From: Thermodesulfobacteriota bacterium
GTDB lineage: Bacteria; Desulfobacterota_D; UBA1144; Nemesobacterales; UBA2774
DNA: 64,000 nt
Assembly: GCA_965223335.1 (NCBI GenBank)
Contig: OZ244991.1
Span: forward strand, 1,376,001 to 1,440,000
Direction: 5' to 3'
Position 1 is the stretch's first letter. The number at the start of each line of letters is the position of its first letter. The position numbers and the translations under genes are program-made. Positions 10,574-22,801 of this stretch are shown here, one piece after another. Below the pieces are notes generated by a model, which was given only the letters and a program-made list of their open reading frames with translations, had not been told where the DNA came from and did no database searches.

Positions 10574-11113
10574 TTAATAACTCTCCATAATAAATTTTAC
10601 TATTTCACTCGCAAGGCTCTCATAAATATCCTTGGCCATAAAGCCCAAGGAGCTAAAACCGTTTACCTCGCCGGTAGAGACCTCGTTGCCTGTGGCTTTT
10701 TCGAGTAACGCGAGTTTTATAGTGACCGAAACCTCGCCGAATTTGAGCCCCCCTCCCTCAAAGCTTATGTCTGAGCTCGGTCTGTACTCGCTTACCTCGC
10801 CTAATAAAACTAAGGTGTCGGTCGCAGGGATGTTCTCGATCTTGCCGTGTGTTACCTCTTTAAACTTGTTCTTTGACGATACCAGTACTGCCACTTTTGT
10901 GGGTATCTCTGTGAGCCCTTCTTTTGGGAAGTCCTCTATCTCAGTGACGAGGTCTTCTATCTCTAGACCCTCGAAGTTCTGGAGTCTTTGTTTGGGTGGG
11001 ACGAAATAAGATGTTGTCTTAATGCCCCCGCAACTCGATAGTATTATAAGTGAGATTGATACAAGGGCTAAGCGTATCGGCAGAGCCCGATAGATCTTTA
11101 TCATATGGTCCAA
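10574..11113 (-). CDS. Lipoprotein (DUF4410-like)
   Basis: Lipobox LSSC; alpha/beta periplasmic pattern. Confidence 0.55.
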   Translation of the reverse strand: MDHMIKIYRALPIRLALVSISLIILSSCGGIKTTSYFVPPKQRLQNFEGLEIEDLVTEIEDFPKEGLTEIPTKVAVLVSSKNKFKEVTHGKIENIPATDTLVLLGEVSEYRPSSDISFEGGGLKFGEVSVTIKLALLEKATGNEVSTGEVNGFSSLGFMAKDIYESLASEIVKFIMESY

Positions 11114-11209
11114 GCCTCCTGTGACTGCGGTGTAAATAAAATAGCATACTTAATCCTGAGTATAAATATATACCGAATAATTATCGTGTAAGAAGCGGAC
11201 AATCTAGGG

Positions 11210-11228
11210 TGTGACAAAAATTGTCACA
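11210..11228. promoter_or_regulatory. Candidate upstream activator site (PilR-like enhancer-binding protein)
   Basis: Palindrome TGTGACAA-AAA-TTGTCACA about 130 bp upstream of the pilin sigma-54 promoter. Confidence 0.55.
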
Positions 11229-11355
11229 TCTGCTATCCAAATTGCACAAAATGTCGTAAGAATTATATTGGAAATGGGTGATTTTATCTTTTTAGTATAC
11301 ATATGAGACAAAGATTTATTAGGAATTACAGGTAGTTAGATAATATGTATGACTT

Positions 11356-11371
11356 TGGCACGTGCATTGCA
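11356..11371 (+). promoter_or_regulatory. Sigma-54 (-24/-12) promoter of the pilin gene
   Basis: TGGCACG-TGCA-TTGCA, exact match to consensus. Confidence 0.85.
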
Positions 11372-11418
11372 TTATAGAATTGCAAAATTCAAAATTATTG
11401 TTTAAGGAGGTAGTAGAC

Positions 11419-12000
11419 ATGTTGAGTTTAAAGAAAGTAAAGAAGGGCGAAAAGGGTTTTACCCTAATCGAACTCTTGGTTGTGGCAGCGATTATCGGTA
11501 TTCTGCTTGCCATAGCAATCCCTAACCTTATTAAGGCGAGGATGTCGGCAAACGAAGCTAATGCTAGGAAAACCATGCAGACCTTAAGGGACGCAGAAGG
11601 CGAGTATTTTGAGCAGGACCTAGACAACAACGGGACCAGGGATTTTACTGATACAATAGGTGCTTTAGGTACAGCGAATACACTTCGTGATCCTGCAGGA
11701 ACAAGTCTCGATGAAGACGCTCTAGTAGACAGCAGCTTTGAGGGCGCTGATCAGGCTGGAGGTTGCTTAGATCCGAAAGCTGGTTACTGTTTCCAATTTG
11801 ATGCTACTAATGTAACAGCAAATGCTGCTGGGCTGTTCGATGATTTCGGATGGCAGAACAGTATGACCAGTTACAATAAGACTGGTAGAAGAGACTACTC
11901 TGTTTACGCTGATGGTGCCATCAGGTGTATCTTGAGTACGCAAGCTGTGGGTGCAGTCGGTACTTTTGAGGCTGATCGTACATCACCTGGTTGTGATTAA
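11419..12000 (+). CDS. pilA: Type IV major pilin
   Basis: Class III signal ...KKGEKG|FTLIELLVV; RBS AAGGAGG at 11404-11410 puts the start at ATG 11419; own promoter and terminator. Confidence 0.85.
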   Translation: MLSLKKVKKGEKGFTLIELLVVAAIIGILLAIAIPNLIKARMSANEANARKTMQTLRDAEGEYFEQDLDNNGTRDFTDTIGALGTANTLRDPAGTSLDEDALVDSSFEGADQAGGCLDPKAGYCFQFDATNVTANAAGLFDDFGWQNSMTSYNKTGRRDYSVYADGAIRCILSTQAVGAVGTFEADRTSPGCD

Positions 12001-12033
12001 TTACAACAAGAAAATAAGTATCATTTAAAAGCG

Positions 12034-12066
12034 AAGCGGTGGGTATAAACCCACCGCTTTTTTTTT
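12034..12066 (+). terminator. Rho-independent terminator after pilin
   Basis: AAGCGGTGGGT/ACCCACCGCTT stem followed by a T run. Confidence 0.9.
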
Positions 12067-12211
12067 GCCGTTTTATCCGGTGTGTCAGTAATGTCAGTGG
12101 ACGGAACATATAATAAATGTGTCATCTCTTGAGCTTAAGGGCCATCGATATTATAATTAATAGCAAAAGCTATTCTTATTCCAAGTTTATTCATATATCG
12201 ACATATACAAT

Positions 12212-13135
12212 ATGCTAAACGTCACAAATCTTATAAAAGACTACTCTACAGGGTTTATTAAAAAGACAGTACGGGTGCTTGACGGTGTGTCGTTTGCGGT
12301 CAATGACGGCGAGATATACGGCTATGTAGGGCCTAACGGCGCAGGTAAAACAACTACGTTTAAGTGTATACTGGGCTTTGTTTCAACTACCGAAGGCACC
12401 ATCGAGGTCATGGATCGGTCGATCGAGGATGTGACTGTTAAAAACCGAGTGGGCTATCTACCGGAAAACCCATATTTCTATGATTACTTAACCGGGGAAG
12501 AGCTGCTTAGATACATGGGTGAGCTTCATGGTATGGAGAGCACGGCACTATCAAAAAGGATTGATGAGTTATTGGAAAAGGTTAATATGACACATGCCAG
12601 GAAAATTCAGCTTAGAAAATACTCAAAGGGCATGCTGCAGAGGGTGGGTGTTGCACAGGCCCTAATAAACGATCCGGAGCTATTAATACTCGATGAACCG
12701 ATGAGTGGACTTGACCCGATTGGTAGGCGGGAGATAAAGGACTTGATACTCGAGCAAAAGGCTAAGGGGAAAACCATACTACTTAGCTCTCATATGCTGG
12801 CCGATGTAGAGGCGCTTTGTGACAGGGTGGGGGTAATCATGCATGGCAAGGTGGTGAGCGAAGGGATTATCGGAGATTTATTAGAAGAGATACATACAGA
12901 TTACGAGATGCTTATAAAAGCCAATGAAGCAGAGTTGAAACAAAAGGTCGCGAATTTAACCGTTGATATAGAGAATAGGGGCGAGATGCTGGTATTGAAG
13001 TTCGATGAAGACCTAAAACCCCAGGTCATGAATGCCCTAAATGATTTAGAGGTCGATATAGTATCGCTAAGTCCGTTGAGAAGATCATTGGAGGGCTATT
13101 TTGTGGAAGAGGCAAAGAAAGAGAATATTCAATAA
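12212..13135 (+). CDS. ABC transporter ATP-binding protein (pilus-associated, PilH-like)
   Basis: GPNGAGKTT, YSKGMLQR, LILDEP, SSH motifs. Confidence 0.9.
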   Translation: MLNVTNLIKDYSTGFIKKTVRVLDGVSFAVNDGEIYGYVGPNGAGKTTTFKCILGFVSTTEGTIEVMDRSIEDVTVKNRVGYLPENPYFYDYLTGEELLRYMGELHGMESTALSKRIDELLEKVNMTHARKIQLRKYSKGMLQRVGVAQALINDPELLILDEPMSGLDPIGRREIKDLILEQKAKGKTILLSSHMLADVEALCDRVGVIMHGKVVSEGIIGDLLEEIHTDYEMLIKANEAELKQKVANLTVDIENRGEMLVLKFDEDLKPQVMNALNDLEVDIVSLSPLRRSLEGYFVEEAKKENIQ

Positions 13136-13175
13136 TCACGCACTGATGATATAGGATAGTATGGGTTGATAGAGG

Positions 13176-13979
13176 ATGCATAGAATATACAGCGTGGCTC
13201 GTAACACCTTTATTGAAGCTATTAGGGACAGGGTCTTGTACAGCCTGGTTCTGTTTGCAGTGGTAATGATCCTAAGCACCCTCATTTTTGCCAGTATATC
13301 GGCCGAACAGTACAACAAGATAGTTAAGGATCTGGGTTTAACTGCAATCTCGCTCATAGGAGTACTGCTGTCGGTTTTTTTAGGTGTGGGACTTGTCTAT
13401 AAGGAAGTAGAAAAAAAGACGGTCTATAACATATTTTCTAAACCCGTTCGAAGGTATGAGTTTATATTGGGTAAGTATCTGGGTCTTGCCACCACCTTAC
13501 TGATAGTAACAATAGGCATGGCTCTTATACTCTTTTTACTGGTCCTCTATACGGAGTTTAAACATGCCGGATTAATAAAGTTCTATTATGGCGGGCATTA
13601 TTACGCAGAGTTTTTCAAAGCTGTTTACTTTCAGTATCTGGAGTTTTTGGTTGTAATTGGAATTGCAATGTTATTCTCGAGTTTTACCACACCGGTTTTA
13701 AGTATTCTCTTTACACTGTTCCTTTTTGCCATAGGCCGTTTTTCGAGCGACGTCAGGTTATTTGCAGAAGAGGTAAAAAATCCTGCGACTGCTGTGATGT
13801 CTGAGTTTATATATAGGGTCATCCCTAATCTAGAGAAGTTCGATGTAAGGAGCGAGGCGGTGTATGGAGGGGTAGTGAGCCTCCCGTTATTCCTAAATAC
13901 AACGGCATACGCTCTTATATATGTAGCGGCACTCATTATACTTGCAACTGTGATATTTCAACGAAAAGAGTTTAAATGA
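13176..13979 (+). CDS. ABC-2 type permease (PilI-like)
   Basis: About 6 TM; SKPVRRYEFILGKYLG motif. Confidence 0.85.
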   Translation: MHRIYSVARNTFIEAIRDRVLYSLVLFAVVMILSTLIFASISAEQYNKIVKDLGLTAISLIGVLLSVFLGVGLVYKEVEKKTVYNIFSKPVRRYEFILGKYLGLATTLLIVTIGMALILFLLVLYTEFKHAGLIKFYYGGHYYAEFFKAVYFQYLEFLVVIGIAMLFSSFTTPVLSILFTLFLFAIGRFSSDVRLFAEEVKNPATAVMSEFIYRVIPNLEKFDVRSEAVYGGVVSLPLFLNTTAYALIYVAALIILATVIFQRKEFK

Positions 13980-13994
13980 TCACGTGACTAGAAT

Positions 13995-15071
13995 ATGATC
14001 GAACGTCTAGCAAATAAACCTATTGTCGGACTATTAATCGTTGCTTTATTGATAATCATATCGGTCCCATTCCAAATCAAGATAGACAACATAAGGGGTA
14101 AATTCAGGTCGATAGAGGACAGCCTGTACATATCGTCATCGTCACTTAAGAAAGTGTCGTTGGGTTATGATGAACTTTTGTCTGATATATATTGGATGAG
14201 GGCGCTTCAGTACTTCGGGGGGCGAAAACTGCACGAGCAAGACCCGGAGCTACTTTACCATTACTTTGATATTATCACAGACCTCGACCCTAATTTCGTA
14301 AATGCATATAGATACGGGGGGACGTTTCTTGCCGAACCGCCGCCCTATGGTTTGGGTGACTTTAGTAAGGGGTTCGAGATGTTTGAGAAGGGCAGAAAGA
14401 ACAACCCCAACAATTTTCGCCTCCCACTCGAGCAGGCATTTTTGTATTATTTCTACCTAAAGGATTATGAAAAGGCAGCGGAACTGTTTAAAGAAGCATC
14501 AGAGAAACCGGGGCTCTCACCGATGCGAAAGGCATCTATGGAGGGTATGGCTGCCTCGGCCCACTCGCAGGGCGGTAACAATGAACTGTCCAGAGAGATA
14601 TGGGAGATAATTTATAAAACCAGTCCCAGCGAGGGGCGGAGGAAATTTGCCCGCACTAACCTCGATATCCTCGATACGATAGAGATGGAAGAGAAACTTA
14701 CCGAGGCACTGGATGTCTATATGAACAAGAACGGAGAATTGCCTGCTGATCTTAAGGAGTTGCAGACAGCCGGTGTCATTAAATACATTCCCGAGGCTCC
14801 TGTAGGTGGGGAATTTATAGTAGTCCCTAAAATTAACAAGGTTAAGAATACAGAACTGGTCGAACAAAAAAACAAAGACAATCTTGCATTCCTCAATTCA
14901 AAATCACATAGGTTTCAAAGTCTAAACGGAAGGTACCCGAATGATGCAGATGAGTTAAAGGATTACCTGACACAGAATACGACCAGCAAATTCCCCGAAC
15001 ACCCGACCGGGGATGAATATAGCTATGATCCCGAAACAGGTCTATTTAGTGTCGAGACCGACACTGAGTAA
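13995..15071 (+). CDS. Membrane-anchored TPR-like pilus accessory protein
   Basis: N-terminal TM, DIYWMRALQYFG, ITDLDPNF; third gene of the ABC cluster. Confidence 0.6.
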   Translation: MIERLANKPIVGLLIVALLIIISVPFQIKIDNIRGKFRSIEDSLYISSSSLKKVSLGYDELLSDIYWMRALQYFGGRKLHEQDPELLYHYFDIITDLDPNFVNAYRYGGTFLAEPPPYGLGDFSKGFEMFEKGRKNNPNNFRLPLEQAFLYYFYLKDYEKAAELFKEASEKPGLSPMRKASMEGMAASAHSQGGNNELSREIWEIIYKTSPSEGRRKFARTNLDILDTIEMEEKLTEALDVYMNKNGELPADLKELQTAGVIKYIPEAPVGGEFIVVPKINKVKNTELVEQKNKDNLAFLNSKSHRFQSLNGRYPNDADELKDYLTQNTTSKFPEHPTGDEYSYDPETGLFSVETDTE

Positions 15072-15093
15072 ACAATTTAGATCATAACGAGTT

Positions 15094-15570
15094 CTAGTAA
15101 ATATCCAGTACCACAAACTCTCTCAGCCCACCGGGGGCCTGTACAGCTACGTCGTCGTCAACCTGTTTGCCGATCAAGGCTTTACCAATTGGGGATGTGA
15201 TAGAAATCAGGCCATTCTCAGGCTCTGATTCATCAGCTCCCACCAACTGATAAGTAACGACTTCCCCTGTATCCAGGTTTTCAAGCTTAACGCGTACACC
15301 AAACATTACCCTGTCTTTGTTGGGTAGATTCTCGGGGTCGATTATATCGGCCCTGCTGAGTTTGCTCTCGAGTTCTTGTATCCTTCCCTCTACAAAAGAC
15401 TGGCGGTCCTTGGCGGTTTCGTACTCCGCATTCTCGGACAGATCACCGAGTGACCGTGCGTACTCAATCTGTTTTATTACACTCGGTCTCTCGACTGTTT
15501 TAAGGTTATGTAGCTCAGCCTGTAGTTTTTTGTAACCCCCAGGAGTTATCGGTACCCTTTCTATCGACAT
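15094..15570 (-). CDS. greA: Transcription elongation factor GreA
   Basis: GDLSENAEY and ISITSPIGKALIG. Confidence 0.96.
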   Translation of the reverse strand: MSIERVPITPGGYKKLQAELHNLKTVERPSVIKQIEYARSLGDLSENAEYETAKDRQSFVEGRIQELESKLSRADIIDPENLPNKDRVMFGVRVKLENLDTGEVVTYQLVGADESEPENGLISITSPIGKALIGKQVDDDVAVQAPGGLREFVVLDIY

Positions 15571-15600
15571 CCTTTCTTGCCTCCGGTCAAATTATTACCT

Positions 15601-18600
15601 CTAATAATAATCTTGAATTGCTTTTACATCCAGGCCCTCATGTATGAGCACCCTGATAGCACCCACTGCCGACATAGCCCCTGCGATCGTAGTGAAGTAG
15701 GGGACCCTGCGTATGAGTGCCGTTCTTCTTATAGAGTATGATTGCGCAATCTCGTTTTCGCCAAACGTTGTGTTAACCACAAGCTGTATCTCGCCGTTTT
15801 TTATCAAATCCACTACATGGGGTCTGCCCTCTATAACCTTATTTACAACCCCACTCGTTACCCCGTGTTCATTCATATAGTTAGCCGTACCCTTGGTGCA
15901 TATTAGTCCGAATCCGAGGTCTTTCAGTTTTTTTGCGATCTCAAGTGCCTTATCTTTGTCCTCGTCTTTGACACTTATAAACGCGGTGCCTGCCAACGGT
16001 AAATCGTTACCGGCGGCGATCTGTGATTTTGCAAATGAATGGTCGAGGTTACTATCGATGCCCATAACCTCGCCTGTGGACTTCATTTCGGGCCCCAGAA
16101 TGGTATCCACATCGGGGAATTTAATAAAAGGGAACACGGACTCTTTTACCGAGTAATGTTTGGGGATGATCTCCTTGGTAAATCCCAGTTCTTCCAATGT
16201 TTTGCCGACCATTATCTTGGTACCCAGTTTGGCAAGGGGGACACCTATGGCTTTGCTTACAAACGGGATTGTTCTACTGGCCCTGGGATTGACCTCGATG
16301 ATATAAAGATCGCTTCCTTTTACTGCAAACTGAATGTTCAATAAACCTTTTACGTTTAGAGCGAGTGCGAGCTCTTTGGTCTGTCGTTTAATCTCGTCTA
16401 GCATTGGTTTTTCGAGTGAAAAAGGCGGGAGTACCATTGCACTGTCGCCCGAGTGTACACCTGCCTCCTCTATATGCTCCAACACCCCTCCTACCACAAC
16501 GGTGTTCCCGTCTGAGATAGCGTCTACGTCTACCTCTTTAGCGTCCTTTAGGAACTCGTCTATCAATATGGGGTGGTTTGGTGAGACACTTACCGCTTCT
16601 TTTATATAGCGTTTAAGCGCTGTTTCGGTATATACAATCTCCATTGCACGGCCACCGAGGACATAAGAGGGCCTCACAACGACCGGATATCCTATTTCAG
16701 TAGCTATATCTATAGCCTCTCTTTCACTGCGGGCAATGCCGCTACGGGGCTGACGCAAATTAAGCTTATTAATAAGATCCCTGAAACGCTCGCGGTCCTC
16801 GGCCAGGTCGATATTCTCGGGTGATGTGCCTATAATCCTAGCGTCCCGTTCTTCTAATGGGATTGCAAGTTTTAAGGGGGTTTGTCCGCCCAGGTGGACT
16901 ATAATGCCCTCGGGTTTCTCCCTCTCGACTATCGATAGTGTGTCTTCTAGTGTAAGCGGCTCAAAGTAAAGCCTGTCAGAGGTGTCGTAATCTGTGCTCA
17001 CGGTCTCGGGGTTGCAATTGACCATTATGGCCTCGTACCCTTCTTCCTTGAGCGAGAATGAGGCATGTACACAGCAGTAATCAAACTCGATACCCTGTCC
17101 GATTCTATTGGGGCCCCCACCGAGTATCACGACCTTTTTGTTCTCGCTCGGGACTGCTTCGTCTTCTCTGTCGTATGTGGAGTAGAGGTACGGGGTATAG
17201 GCCTCGAATTCAGCCGCGCAGGTGTCGACCATCTTGTATACCGGCTTTAGCTCGAGGCTCTTTTTAAGCGCTCTTATATCATCGGGGGTTCTACCCAGGA
17301 GGTCAGATAATCTTTTATCCGAGAACCCGTACTCTTTGGCCTTTTTCATGATCTCCAGGGTCGGCTTGGAACCGTTTAGTTCGGACAACTCGGTCTCAAA
17401 GTCTACTATATGTTTAATATTCATTAGGAACCAGGGGTCGATGGATGTGATGTTATAGATTTCTTCAATATCGAGTCCGAGCCTAAGCGCATCGGCCAGG
17501 TACCAGAGGCGCTCGGCATTGGGAGACCTGAGTTTTTCGTGTATGAGCTCTGGGTTTTGAGACAGCGGTTCTAGTCCGTGGCGGTCGATCTCCAATGAGC
17601 GGATGGCTTTTTGTAGGGACTCCTTAAAAGTTCTTCCGATAGACATCACCTCGCCCACTGATTTCATCTGAGTTGTGAGTGTGGACTCGGTCTGAGGGAA
17701 TTTCTCGAATGTAAACCTGGGGATTTTAACAACTACATAATCGATAGTAGGCTCAAAAGATGCCGGGGTGTATCTGGTGATGTCGTTGGGTATCTCATCC
17801 AGTGTATAGCCAACCGCGAGCTTGGCCGCGATTTTGGCTATGGGGAAACCTGTGGCCTTAGAGGCGAGGGCAGAGCTCCGGGATACGCGCGGGTTCATCT
17901 CTATCACAACCATCTTGCCGTCACGGGGATTCACCGCAAACTGAATATTCGAGCCCCCGGTTTCTACTCCTATCTCTCTTATGATTTGAATAGAGGCATC
18001 CCTCATGATCTGATACTCTTTGTCTGTAAGCGTTTGAGAGGGGGCTATGGTGATGCTGTCTCCGGTGTGGACACCCATCGGGTCCAGGTTCTCTATCGAG
18101 CAGATTATTACAACATTGTCATTCCTATCCCGCATTATCTCTAGCTCATACTCCTTCCACCCGAGCACCGATTCCTCGATCAATATCTCGGTAGCTGGGC
18201 TAAGGTCGAGGCCCGATTTTGCATATACCTCGAACTCCTCGATGTTATAGGCCACATTTGCCCCTGAGCCCCCGAGTGTAAACGAAGGTCTGATTATAAC
18301 GGGGAACCCGATACCCTCTAGTACGTCTCTTGCCTCTTCCATGCTGTGCGCAATACCGCTTTTGGGCACTTCCAAACCGATGTTAATCATTGCTTCTTTG
18401 AATAGGTCGCGGTTCTCGGCCTTTTTTATGGCGGGTAGTTTCGCACCTATGAGCTCTACATTATGGTGGTCGAGCACCCCCGATTCTGCCAGATCCACTG
18501 CGATATTGAGTGCGGTTTGACCTCCTATTGTCGGTAGTAGTGCATCGGGTTTTTCTTTATCTATAATTTTTTCGACGAACTCAGGTGTCAGCGGTTCGAT

Positions 18601-18795
18601 ATAGGTACGGTCTGCAAAGCTCGGGTCGGTCATTATTGTGGCGGGGTTGCTGTTTACAAGTACTACTCTATATCCCTCTTCCTTAAGGGCTTTGCACGCC
18701 TGTGTGCCCGAGTAATCAAACTCACAGGCCTGCCCGATTACGATCGGGCCCGATCCTATCATCAGTATGGTTTCTATATCGGTCCTTTTAGGCAT
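15601..18795 (-). CDS. carB: Carbamoyl-phosphate synthase large subunit
   Basis: MPKRTDI...[11 protein letters not shown]; duplicated ATP-grasp domains; MGS domain. Confidence 0.98.
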   Translation of the reverse strand: MPKRTDIETILMIGSGPIVIGQACEFDYSGTQACKALKEEGYRVVLVNSNPATIMTDPSFADRTYIEPLTPEFVEKIIDKEKPDALLPTIGGQTALNIAVDLAESGVLDHHNVELIGAKLPAIKKAENRDLFKEAMINIGLEVPKSGIAHSMEEARDVLEGIGFPVIIRPSFTLGGSGANVAYNIEEFEVYAKSGLDLSPATEILIEESVLGWKEYELEIMRDRNDNVVIICSIENLDPMGVHTGDSITIAPSQTLTDKEYQIMRDASIQIIREIGVETGGSNIQFAVNPRDGKMVVIEMNPRVSRSSALASKATGFPIAKIAAKLAVGYTLDEIPNDITRYTPASFEPTIDYVVVKIPRFTFEKFPQTESTLTTQMKSVGEVMSIGRTFKESLQKAIRSLEIDRHGLEPLSQNPELIHEKLRSPNAERLWYLADALRLGLDIEEIYNITSIDPWFLMNIKHIVDFETELSELNGSKPTLEIMKKAKEYGFSDKRLSDLLGRTPDDIRALKKSLELKPVYKMVDTCAAEFEAYTPYLYSTYDREDEAVPSENKKVVILGGGPNRIGQGIEFDYCCVHASFSLKEEGYEAIMVNCNPETVSTDYDTSDRLYFEPLTLEDTLSIVEREKPEGIIVHLGGQTPLKLAIPLEERDARIIGTSPENIDLAEDRERFRDLINKLNLRQPRSGIARSEREAIDIATEIGYPVVVRPSYVLGGRAMEIVYTETALKRYIKEAVSVSPNHPILIDEFLKDAKEVDVDAISDGNTVVVGGVLEHIEEAGVHSGDSAMVLPPFSLEKPMLDEIKRQTKELALALNVKGLLNIQFAVKGSDLYIIEVNPRASRTIPFVSKAIGVPLAKLGTKIMVGKTLEELGFTKEIIPKHYSVKESVFPFIKFPDVDTILGPEMKSTGEVMGIDSNLDHSFAKSQIAAGNDLPLAGTAFISVKDEDKDKALEIAKKLKDLGFGLICTKGTANYMNEHGVTSGVVNKVIEGRPHVVDLIKNGEIQLVVNTTFGENEIAQSYSIRRTALIRRVPYFTTIAGAMSAVGAIRVLIHEGLDVKAIQDYY

Positions 18796-19103
18796 ACGCG
18801 TCTTACGACTTATTAAATAAAACTATTTACAAATTGGGTGAAGGTACTATCGGATCTTTAGTATAAACGTAAATTTTTATTTTGCGATACTGTTATTTTT
18901 AATATTGAACAATACTGCTCTGGGTCCTGTCATTGCAATCAAAATCTTGTTGCTATGGGATGATTTATACCCAAGATTACGCAAACCGGCAACTCTGGTT
19001 GCTCATAAAAACTGGTTTTTGGGGAAAAATAACGGGAAATGCAATTACATCTATATACTGTAAGCAAATTTAAGCTATACTGTAAGTATAAAGCCATTTC
19101 TAC

Positions 19104-19173
19104 GAGCCCTAGGGTTCTCCATACCTCATTCTAACCTCCTTTAAGTGGAATTAGAATAATCCCCCTAGGGCTC
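19104..19173 (-). other. Long nested stem-loop (candidate sRNA or leader) containing a sequestered RBS and a 6-codon ORF
   Basis: 11-bp outer IR GAGCCCTAGGG/CCCTAGGGCTC and 7-bp inner IR ATTCTAA/TTAGAAT. Confidence 0.5.
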
Positions 19174-19183
19174 TTACCAATCC

Positions 19184-19213
19184 ATTATACACTTTTATAC
19201 AGTTTAATATCAA
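19184..19213 (-). promoter_or_regulatory. Sigma-70-type promoter
   Basis: TTGATA-N18-TATAAT on the minus strand, just upstream of the stem-loop. Confidence 0.55.
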
Positions 19214-19367
19214 TACCATATATATAATTTATGCTATCTCGTAGAGTGTGTTAGTTTCTATGCGACAAAATACATTTGCCGGATTTCTGTATAGCTACTA
19301 GGTCTTGGAAGTGCTGGAAACTCTTAGATTAACTCAAAGTTTCAGGTTGATGATCTAGTAAATTTGG

Positions 19368-21326
<1,959 letters not shown>

Positions 21327-21401
21327 TTATAAAGTACGGTGTATAAAGTGCAATGAAAACAACATTTTGAGTAATTATAACACTGCTGTAAAATAACTCG
21401 G

Positions 21402-22445
21402 ATGTCATACCTTGTGTTGGGGATTGAGAGTTCGTGCGACGAGACTGCGGCTTCGATTGTAAGTGATGGCAAAACTGTGCTCTCGAACATCGTGGCCTCG
21501 CAGGTGGATATTCACAGCAAGTACGGCGGGGTAGTACCGGAGATCGCATCGCGCAAACACGTGGAGTTGATACTGCCTGTTATCAAAGAGGCCTTGGGTG
21601 AGGCCGGTGTAGGATTCTCGGACCTAGATGCCATAGCCGTAACAAGCGGGCCCGGCCTGATAGGAGCACTTATGATAGGGGTATCTAGTGCTAAATCGAT
21701 CGCATATGGCCTGGACCTACCATTTATAGGGGTCAACCATCTCGAGGCTCATCTCGCAGCCGCTTATCTGGAGAGTGAAGTCGAGTTTCCGTATGTGGGC
21801 TTGGTTGTGTCGGGAGGGCATACGAGTTTGTATCTGGTGCGGGCCTATACCGACTACGAACTGTTGGGCAGGACCCGTGACGACGCAGCGGGCGAGGCAT
21901 TTGATAAGGCTGCGAAACTGCTTGGGCTCGGGTACCCGGGAGGCGTGGAGATTGACCGTTTGGCAAAACAGGGGGATAAAGAGGCCATAGAGTTCCCAAG
22001 GCCCTTTAAAGGCACGTCCTCAATGGACTTTAGCTTTAGCGGCATAAAGACAGCACTCGTATATTATCTTAGAAAATACCCTGATCCCGATCAAAAGAGA
22101 CTCCATGATATCTCGGCCAGTTACCAAGAGGCTATAGTTGAGACACTTGTGGATAAAACACTCGGTGCTGCGAAAAAAGAGGGGGTGTCCACCGTCATTG
22201 TGGCTGGGGGTGTGGCATGTAATTCCAGGCTCAGGGAACTCGCGGCAAACGAGTTTCAGGATGAGGGGATAAAATTGGTAATACCGTCTCCGAAATTGTG
22301 CACGGACAATGCGGCTATGATTGCCGCTTATGGTTACCATCAGTTGAATGAGGGGCAAAGGTCTACACTCGATCTAACACCCTTCTCTACGTCTCGGCCC
22401 AAGTATATTAGGGGCAAGGGAATGCTTAGCGAATCTAAATCCTGA
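21402..22445 (+). CDS. tsaD: tRNA N6-adenosine threonylcarbamoyltransferase
   Basis: GIESSCDET, NHLEAH, SGGHT, DDAAGEAFDK, CTDNAAMI. Confidence 0.97.
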   Translation: MSYLVLGIESSCDETAASIVSDGKTVLSNIVASQVDIHSKYGGVVPEIASRKHVELILPVIKEALGEAGVGFSDLDAIAVTSGPGLIGALMIGVSSAKSIAYGLDLPFIGVNHLEAHLAAAYLESEVEFPYVGLVVSGGHTSLYLVRAYTDYELLGRTRDDAAGEAFDKAAKLLGLGYPGGVEIDRLAKQGDKEAIEFPRPFKGTSSMDFSFSGIKTALVYYLRKYPDPDQKRLHDISASYQEAIVETLVDKTLGAAKKEGVSTVIVAGGVACNSRLRELAANEFQDEGIKLVIPSPKLCTDNAAMIAAYGYHQLNEGQRSTLDLTPFSTSRPKYIRGKGMLSESKS

Positions 22446-22449
22446 GCCT

Positions 22450-22752
22450 CTATACCGTATAATCCACCACAGCCCTGTCCGACCTAATCTCTCCAATAAT
22501 ATCTGCGACCTTTACATGATCGGGATGCTTCTGGTACTGTTCCAGAGCCTCTTTGTCTTCGAATGCTGAATACAGGACCACATCAAACGCTGCCTGGGAG
22601 GGGTTAAAATTGATGCCGACCTCGATCTCTTTTATCTGGGGGATTTTGTCTTTTAGGTCTTCTAACACATTTTTCAGCATTAGGGCGTTTTCTTCCTTAG
22701 ACCTTCCGGCTGCATTGTCTTTTAATCTCCACATCACGATATGTTTTATCAT
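22450..22752 (-). CDS. Dabb family stress-responsive alpha/beta barrel protein
   Basis: MIKHIVMW...YQKHPDH...VVDY; real start is ATG 22752 after an RBS. Confidence 0.85.
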   Translation of the reverse strand: MIKHIVMWRLKDNAAGRSKEENALMLKNVLEDLKDKIPQIKEIEVGINFNPSQAAFDVVLYSAFEDKEALEQYQKHPDHVKVADIIGEIRSDRAVVDYTV

Positions 22753-22801
22753 CCGGATCTCCTTTGAGTTTGTTTGTAATTCCCGTCTATCGAAAACTAC
22801 C

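Noticed and set aside
11419..12000. Conductive e-pilin
   Set aside because: Long pilin lacking the aromatic residues at positions 24 and 27 (PNLIKAR), leaving a long aromatic-free N-terminal stretch.
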